Source of the DNA: Candidatus Micrarchaeaceae archaeon
Lineage (GTDB): Archaea; Micrarchaeota; Micrarchaeia; Micrarchaeales; CABMGC01
NCBI GenBank assembly: GCA_038882355.1
Contig: JAVZOJ010000001.1
Span: 1 to 29,827 of the forward strand
DNA: 29,827 bases
Direction of reading: 5' to 3'
The position numbers and the translations under genes were made by a program. The notes under the pieces were generated by a model. That model did not search any database, had not been told where the DNA came from, and was given only the letters and a program-made list of their open reading frames with translations. Each line of letters starts with the position of its first letter. Within the stretch, counting starts at the first letter, position 1. Positions 24,227 through 29,827 of this stretch are shown piece after piece.

Positions 24227-26041
24227 TTACGCACCGCAGCCGCAGTCTCCATTGCCGCAGGCGCATGTATTTCCTGCGGCATTTTCTATCGCCACCTCTA
24301 CTGCTTCTTTCTCTCTTTTCCTGATTAATTTCGCATCAGCCTTGTTTACTTCGAGACCAAAGTAGTCAATCATGTTTTGGTAAGTCCTCTTATAAGGCTC
24401 ACCTTCTTCAAGGGCCTTGACGTTCCTTATGTACTTGTCTTTTGCATAGTTCCACTCAGGATGCTCCTTCTGCCATTCCTTCGAAGGTATGCTGTACTGC
24501 CTCTGCACTTTGTCTCTGTAAATTTCAGGGAATACATTGAACGTGCAGAATGGAAGCACTCTTCCGTCAGGCATCGCATAATGAATGTCGCATTTCTCTA
24601 CTCTGTGTATGTCATAAGTAAACTCATCCTGGAAGTGCATCATTCCGAGGAATACTGTCTTCATTTGGAATGCTCCTATAGAGGAGAAGTCATGCTTTAC
24701 TATTAGCGAAGTCAATAGCTTGAAGAAGTTTACGGACTTTGGCTGCCTTTCCTTGTCTATGAATCTTTTTATTCCGACGAGCGCCTTCAAAGCTATTAGC
24801 TTTCTTTCTAGCCTTGATTTGCCCTCCATTTCATTTATTGCTTCTTGCAGATAGTCAAGGAGCCCTCTTGCATCTACAAAGCGCGTAAGAGGAATAATCT
24901 TTCCGTTTGGCTCTACAAACAAGTACGAACCTGCGCCGCACGCAAAGTGGATGGAGAGGTCGTATTTGTATTCACCAGTCAGCGCTTCTATAAACTTGTT
25001 TATTCCTCCGACATAAGGGACTGAAAACCAATCCTCTTTTGTTATAACGCCCCCTGTCTGCTCCTCTATGAGCTTTATCGCACCTGGTATAGTGATTCTC
25101 TGCTTCTCCCTTAGCCTGTCAGGCATTCTTCCGACAAGCGATACAGGCTGGAAGTTTACTGCTCTTACTATGTCGCTATTATTAAGGGCAAAGTTTATGA
25201 TCTTCCCAAGTTCGTGGTCGTTTATTGTCCTTATGACTGTAGGCACAAGGACTACGCCAATCCCGGCCTTCCTTGCCGCATCGAGCGTATATGGCACTTC
25301 CCAGTGGTTCTTCGGATTAGCTCTTGGAGTAACGCCATCGAAGCTCATATACAATGTGCTTACCCCGGCATACCTCAATTCCTGTGCAAGCCGAGGATTT
25401 TGGGCGAGTATTATCCCAGTGGTATTCAGCTGTATTTGGTCAAAACCTACTTCTTTCGCCATAGCAATTATCTTAACGATATCTTTTCTCATCAAAGGCT
25501 CTCCACCAGTGATCTGTATTGCGTTTGCAGGTATCGGCTTTTGGTTCCTAAGATTTTGGAATATTTTCCTTAACTCAGAGAGCGAAGGTTCGTATATGGC
25601 TTCTCCCTCTTTCGCATAGAAGAAGCAATACCAGCATGAGAGATGGCATCTGTTTGTAATCACCACGTTTGCCAAGCCAGTATGAGACTTATGCCTTTGG
25701 CACATGCCGCAGTCATAAGGGCAATTGACTCCTGTATTTGGGTAATTCGGATTGTCAAAGCCTCTGCCATAGTAGTTGTAGTCTCTCATTTTCATATACA
25801 TTTCATAATCTTCCCAGTATTTCTCTATAGTCCAGCCATGCTCTTCGCAATACTTTCTTATCATTACGGTATCTCCGTCTTTGTATATAATTCCTTTTAT
25901 AATAAGCTTGCATTGAGGGCATACAGTCATTGTTTGGTCGATGACTGGCATCTTCTCTATTTCTTCCATTGTCCTGTGGTAAACTTGCAAATGAGGCTCT
26001 ATCTTCTCTTGCTGCTTTTCTATTTGCATCTCATCTGTCAT
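24227..26041 (-). CDS. tes: Radical SAM tetraether lipid synthase homologue (Tes / GDGT-MAS, MJ0619 family)
   Basis: N-terminal CPQC...CEEH, CPYDCGMCQRH, radical SAM CHLSCWYC, GGEP, QLNTTG, YMSFDG, NFQPVS, HFACG, MHFQD...EKCDIHY, PFCTFN. Start reassigned to ATG 26041 (AGGTG upstream). Confidence 0.88.
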   Translation of the reverse strand: MTDEMQIEKQQEKIEPHLQVYHRTMEEIEKMPVIDQTMTVCPQCKLIIKGIIYKDGDTVMIRKYCEEHGWTIEKYWEDYEMYMKMRDYNYYGRGFDNPNYPNTGVNCPYDCGMCQRHKSHTGLANVVITNRCHLSCWYCFFYAKEGEAIYEPSLSELRKIFQNLRNQKPIPANAIQITGGEPLMRKDIVKIIAMAKEVGFDQIQLNTTGIILAQNPRLAQELRYAGVSTLYMSFDGVTPRANPKNHWEVPYTLDAARKAGIGVVLVPTVIRTINDHELGKIINFALNNSDIVRAVNFQPVSLVGRMPDRLREKQRITIPGAIKLIEEQTGGVITKEDWFSVPYVGGINKFIEALTGEYKYDLSIHFACGAGSYLFVEPNGKIIPLTRFVDARGLLDYLQEAINEMEGKSRLERKLIALKALVGIKRFIDKERQPKSVNFFKLLTSLIVKHDFSSIGAFQMKTVFLGMMHFQDEFTYDIHRVEKCDIHYAMPDGRVLPFCTFNVFPEIYRDKVQRQYSIPSKEWQKEHPEWNYAKDKYIRNVKALEEGEPYKRTYQNMIDYFGLEVNKADAKLIRKREKEAVEVAIENAAGNTCACGNGDCGCGA

Positions 26042-26073
26042 TTCGACACCTAAAACAAGTTTTATTAGCAACC

Positions 26074-26088
26074 TATTTAAACCTTGCC
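26074..26088 (-). promoter_or_regulatory. TATA promoter of the tes operon
   Basis: Minus-strand GGCAAGG-TTTAAATA, with the TATA about 32 nt upstream of ATG 26041. Confidence 0.55.
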
Positions 26089-26116
26089 AAGATGTTTATT
26101 TATGTCATTACAAATT

Positions 26117-26992
26117 TTACGCGCGCAGCTTTCCTGATATTACTTGGCTTGCGACCTTGTCAGGAAGTATGTCTATCCCATTTTCCCTTAATGCATGAAG
26201 CGGAGCTGCAATCGCTATATCGCGGAGAAGTATAATCTCATTTTCCAAGCCTGCTCTTTTCGCCAATTCGAGGTTCGCGTCTATCGAATTTTTTATAAGG
26301 TTGAGTAGAGGTATTGTAATCTTAAGAACTTCTTCTTTGCTAATCTTTTTGTCTCTAAGAAGCTCTTTTGCTTTTTCTTCTCCCCAGCTACTTTCTTTTG
26401 CATCTTCTTCAAATATCTTCTTTACCTGCTTGAGAAGCTTCGGCGAAACAGGAAAGAACGCTTTGAAGAATGCATTTCCGAATACCTTTGCATAAGAATA
26501 CCTTATAATCAAATCTATGACCAAGATTCTTCCTCTATTCTCCCTAATTCCTCTTATGTAATCGAAGACTTCGACCACTTCTCTTGGATACGTTACTTTC
26601 TTGTCTGTCTTCCTTACTGTGAGAAGAAGGGCATACATCGCCTTGATATGCTTCTCATATGCCTCTAAGAGCTTTTTATAATGCTCTCCGTATTCTCTCT
26701 CATCTCCAACATACCTTTCTTTAGACCACTCCTCGACCACGTTTTTTAGCATTTCTTCCCCATACAAAAAGAGAGAGCAAATATATGCAACCTGGCTGCT
26801 TGAAAGCTCTATGCCATTTGGCAAAACTGCTTTTCTCCCAGTAAAAAGGCCCCTTTTTCTCCCTGTAAGTATGAAGCTCAACGCCCTCTTCACTGCATTG
26901 GCAGGATCTTTCCTTATATACCTAAATGCGTATTTCTTTACCCATGGAGGAAGGTTGTAGTCCCTAATGATCTGGTCTATCGGCCCTTCCAT
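26117..26992 (-). CDS. Hypothetical protein, mostly helical; possible degenerate ferritin-like C-terminal bundle
   Basis: 291-aa ORF with typical composition and ATG start, filling the space between tes and bcp. The fold guess rests only on spaced GEE, EAYEKH and EEDAKE helices. Confidence 0.7.
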   Translation of the reverse strand: MEGPIDQIIRDYNLPPWVKKYAFRYIRKDPANAVKRALSFILTGRKRGLFTGRKAVLPNGIELSSSQVAYICSLFLYGEEMLKNVVEEWSKERYVGDEREYGEHYKKLLEAYEKHIKAMYALLLTVRKTDKKVTYPREVVEVFDYIRGIRENRGRILVIDLIIRYSYAKVFGNAFFKAFFPVSPKLLKQVKKIFEEDAKESSWGEEKAKELLRDKKISKEEVLKITIPLLNLIKNSIDANLELAKRAGLENEIILLRDIAIAAPLHALRENGIDILPDKVASQVISGKLRA

Positions 26993-27099
26993 ATAAAGTC
27001 TTATCTACTTCAAAACTTTTATTTCTTCTTTTTACTTTTCTATAAGCCCACGATTTTCATTTTATAAAAGCTTTTGCATGCAAATAAATATGTGGTAAT

Positions 27100-27552
27100 A
27101 TGGTAAAAGAGGGAGAAAAGGCTCCAACGTTTAAGCTGAAAGGGTCTGACGGAAAAGAGCATACTTTGGAAGAGCTTAACAAAGATACCTTAGTTCTTTA
27201 TTTTTATCCAAAGGACAGAACGCCAGGATGCACTATAGAGGCACAGGAATTTACCAAATTGAAAAAAGAGTTTGAAAAGGTTAATGCGAAGGTCGTCGGA
27301 GTAAGCGCTGACGACTTAGAGTCTCATGAAAAATTTATCAATTCATGTTCCCTAGACATATTGCTGCTTTCAGATCCTAAGAGCGAGGTAATAAAGAAGT
27401 ACGGAGCATACGGGGACCGAGGCGTATTTGGCAAAGGAACACTAAGAAATACATACATAATAAAAGGTGGAAAAGTCGTGAAGGCGTTCGAAAGGGTGAA
27501 CGCAAAAGGTCATGCCTACGAAGTCCTTGAATTTTTGAAGAAAGAAAGTTAA
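27100..27552 (+). CDS. bcp: Peroxiredoxin, BCP/PrxQ family
   Basis: LYFYPKDRTPGCTIEA (peroxidatic Cys), VVGVSADDLESH, LLSDP, RNTYII. Confidence 0.95.
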   Translation: MVKEGEKAPTFKLKGSDGKEHTLEELNKDTLVLYFYPKDRTPGCTIEAQEFTKLKKEFEKVNAKVVGVSADDLESHEKFINSCSLDILLLSDPKSEVIKKYGAYGDRGVFGKGTLRNTYIIKGGKVVKAFERVNAKGHAYEVLEFLKKES

Positions 27553-29367
27553 ATGGAGATTTTATTCAGATTCGACAAACCAAGGAAGAATCAAGACGTC
27601 ATGATTAATGAGATATACAACGCCCTTTCTGAGAAGAAGAGCATAATTATAAACGCGCCTACTGGAATAGGAAAAACAGATGCCTCGATAAGCGCTGCGC
27701 TCTCGTTCGCTTTGGAATCTAACACAGATATACTCTTTCTAACGCCCAAGATATCGCAGCACAGGATGGCTATAGAAGTGATAAACGGAATAAACAAGAA
27801 GTACGGCACTTCTATAACTTATGCGGACATTGTAGGAAAGTATAGGATGTGCACAAACCCAGATGTCAATCTAATAGAAAGCAGCGCCTTTTACAAGATC
27901 TGCGATGAGCTTGTAAAAAGCAAAAAGTGCCCGTTCTACCAGTATTATGAGTCTATAAAAGGAGAACTGCCAGGAGAATTGGAGAAGCCAAAGGACCATA
28001 TCTCTTTGATGAGAGATTCTTTTGATTTTGGTTTATGTGGCTATGAAGTCGCTGCAGAGCTGGCAAGGAAAGCAAAAGTAGTAATATGCGGCTACAGCCA
28101 CCTACTAAATCCAATGATAAGGGGCAGGTTCATAAAGAGGATAGGAAAGAACATAGAAAACTGCATACTTATCTGGGATGAGGCGCACAATATCATAGAC
28201 ATAGCAAACTCATACCTCACTGTAGATGTGTCCCTTTCTACCTTGAACAAGGCAGAAAAGGAGCTCGAAGAGATAGGAAGTAGCGTCGACCTTTTTCCGC
28301 TAAGAGAGCTCTTTTATTCATTGTCAAAGAAAGCGAATGGGGATGAAGCTTTTGTAGAGAGGGAAGACATACCTGAATTGTTCCTTGAAAATTCTGAAGA
28401 CATTGCAGATATACTAGAAAACGAAGGGATAAGATACCTGAGAGAAAAGAAAAAGAAAAGGTCCAGTCTGTTCAAGGTTGCGAACCTTGTAAGGAGGTTT
28501 GGGATTTGGAATGAGGAAAGCAAGATTATTGTGGGGAAAGAAGGGGAGAAGATTAGTCTGAGAGTGGCTTCTCTATTTCCAAAAGAGCCGCTTGAAATAT
28601 TGAAAGATGCATATGCAAACGTATTTATGAGCGGCACTATGTTCCCTCTGAAAATGTACAAAGACTTATTTTCAATCAAGGATGCGAGAACATTGGATAT
28701 AGAATCGCCATTCCTCCCAACAAACAAGCTATGCTTCATAGACAATGAGGTGTCAACAAAGTTTACTGAAAGATCAGAAAAGATGTATAAAAGGCTTGGT
28801 GAGAAGCTTGATCTTATAAGAAAGGAAATAAAGGGAAATATGTGCGTGTTCTTTCCAAGCTTCTCTGTGCTCGAGAATGTAGAAAGGTACATAAATCATA
28901 AAAACATACTTGTCCAGAAGGCACATATGAGAACAGAAGACGTTGCAAAGACTATTGAAAAGTTTATCTCCTCTAACGATTCAATGCTTCTGGGAGTAAT
29001 GGGCGGGAGTCTCAGCGAAGGCGTAGACTATCCGAACAATTCGATAAAGTGCATTGCAATTGTGGGCATACCCCTGGCAAAGCCCAATCTTGAGATAAAG
29101 GCAAAGATAGCCCTTTATGAGTCAATGTTTGGGGGAAACGGCGAAAAATATGCATACATACTTCCGGGGCTGATAAAGTCAATCCAATCAGCAGGAAGGG
29201 CGATAAGGAATGAAAAAGATAGGTGCGTGATAATATTTATCGATAGAAGGTATGAATGGAATGTCTATAGAAGCATAATTGGCAGATTTTACAATACAAA
29301 AATAAAAAGCGACTACTTAAAAGACACGAAAGATTTCCTTAACGAAGCGAGCGAGAAATCAATATAG
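27553..29367 (+). CDS. xpd: XPD/Rad3-family Fe-S DNA helicase
   Basis: NAPTGIGKT, four Fe-S Cys (RMC, KIC, KKCP, LCGYE), WDEAHN, MSGT, FFPSF, SEGVDY, QSAGRAIR. Confidence 0.93.
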   Translation: MEILFRFDKPRKNQDVMINEIYNALSEKKSIIINAPTGIGKTDASISAALSFALESNTDILFLTPKISQHRMAIEVINGINKKYGTSITYADIVGKYRMCTNPDVNLIESSAFYKICDELVKSKKCPFYQYYESIKGELPGELEKPKDHISLMRDSFDFGLCGYEVAAELARKAKVVICGYSHLLNPMIRGRFIKRIGKNIENCILIWDEAHNIIDIANSYLTVDVSLSTLNKAEKELEEIGSSVDLFPLRELFYSLSKKANGDEAFVEREDIPELFLENSEDIADILENEGIRYLREKKKKRSSLFKVANLVRRFGIWNEESKIIVGKEGEKISLRVASLFPKEPLEILKDAYANVFMSGTMFPLKMYKDLFSIKDARTLDIESPFLPTNKLCFIDNEVSTKFTERSEKMYKRLGEKLDLIRKEIKGNMCVFFPSFSVLENVERYINHKNILVQKAHMRTEDVAKTIEKFISSNDSMLLGVMGGSLSEGVDYPNNSIKCIAIVGIPLAKPNLEIKAKIALYESMFGGNGEKYAYILPGLIKSIQSAGRAIRNEKDRCVIIFIDRRYEWNVYRSIIGRFYNTKIKSDYLKDTKDFLNEASEKSI

Positions 29368-29544
29368 TAGCAGAGGGGCACTGAGAGCAAACAAAATGCA
29401 TCGCAACAATTTTTGTACGATTCGATTTATTATCATTCTCTATGACTCAGACAGGATTTCGCAGGGGCAAGCAAATATAGGATGTTCTAGCATAGATTCC
29501 GCATACAGCTCCCATAAAAATCTTTGCGCCTTTTATCTTGTTGT

Positions 29545-29827
29545 TTAAAGCGTCGGCCTGTTCTCTTCTTCCAAAGAGTCTTTAGAGCTGAGGGCATACT
29601 TTCTTCCTCTCCAGGTAATCTCTTTCATCGTTGAAGCACTGGAGAGATTGAAGAAATATATAAAGGGAATAATCAATCCATCTAAAGCAATAACTGGCTT
29701 CCTTACCTTGCTCCTTTTCAATACAAGGTACTCGCTCAATGCAAGGTGATAAAGGCCAAGAAGGAATAGAGGGGATATGAGAAATGCAAATAATATTGAG
29801 CCCACGATAGAGATACACTCGCTTCCG
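29545..29827 (-). CDS. C-terminal end of a membrane glycosyltransferase family 2-like protein (5' part outside window)
   Basis: The frame is open to the window end. Hydrophobic helices followed by ITWRGRKY resemble the C-terminal W-R-G-R-x-Y of ceramide-glucosyltransferase/HpnI-like GT2 enzymes. Confidence 0.55.
   Translation of the reverse strand, partial: GSECISIVGSILFAFLISPLFLLGLYHLALSEYLVLKRSKVRKPVIALDGLIIPFIYFFNLSSASTMKEITWRGRKYALSSKDSLEEENRPTL

Noticed and set aside
24227-26041. Older family label of methanopterin-related dimethyltransferase for MJ0619-like proteins
   Set aside because: The family has since been shown to be the GDGT macrocyclase, and there are no methanogenesis genes here.
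29368-29544. 50-aa plus-strand ORF (29396-29548) between xpd and the GT2-like gene
   Set aside because: No motif, atypical composition, no ribosome site; probably a terminator-containing spacer.
1-29827. CRISPR array, transposase, integrase or defence system
   Set aside because: No regularly spaced repeats and no cas, transposase or recombinase motifs were recognised in any ORF.

Overview
A gene-dense archaeal chromosomal window, most likely from a DPANN archaeon of the Micrarchaeota type. This is inferred from a QSAMEY-type class III signal pilin, a C-x13-C repeat surface protein, a tandem double Lrp, archaeal LonB/aRF1/Top6A/ligase/XPD, and TATA/BRE promoters with GGTGA ribosome sites; it is not a database result. 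It holds about 27 CDSs and a tRNA-Gly(TCC). I found no CRISPR array, transposase or integrase. Housekeeping and repair genes: lonB (partial), top6A, aRF1, lhr with its metallophosphoesterase, ATP-dependent ligase, a RecJ-like DHH protein, bcp and xpd. The most notable items are: (1) two tandem FtsZ2-like paralogs that share a perfect 56-bp tract over the GTP-binding signature despite saturated synonymous divergence on its flank, both with a substituted T7-loop Asn and preceded by a KaiC-like ATPase; (2) a tetraether-lipid synthase (Tes/GDGT-MAS) homologue with a Cys-rich tail, coupled to a Cys-less HMA-like protein; (3) an ABM-ChdC-CpfC cassette encoding only the terminal steps of heme synthesis; (4) a ~136-nt nested-hairpin candidate ncRNA just downstream of tRNA-Gly; (5) mirror-symmetric divergent promoters shared by the KaiC-like and pilin genes. 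All calls come from motif recognition by eye. Several start codons were reassigned relative to the ORF track using ribosome-site evidence.
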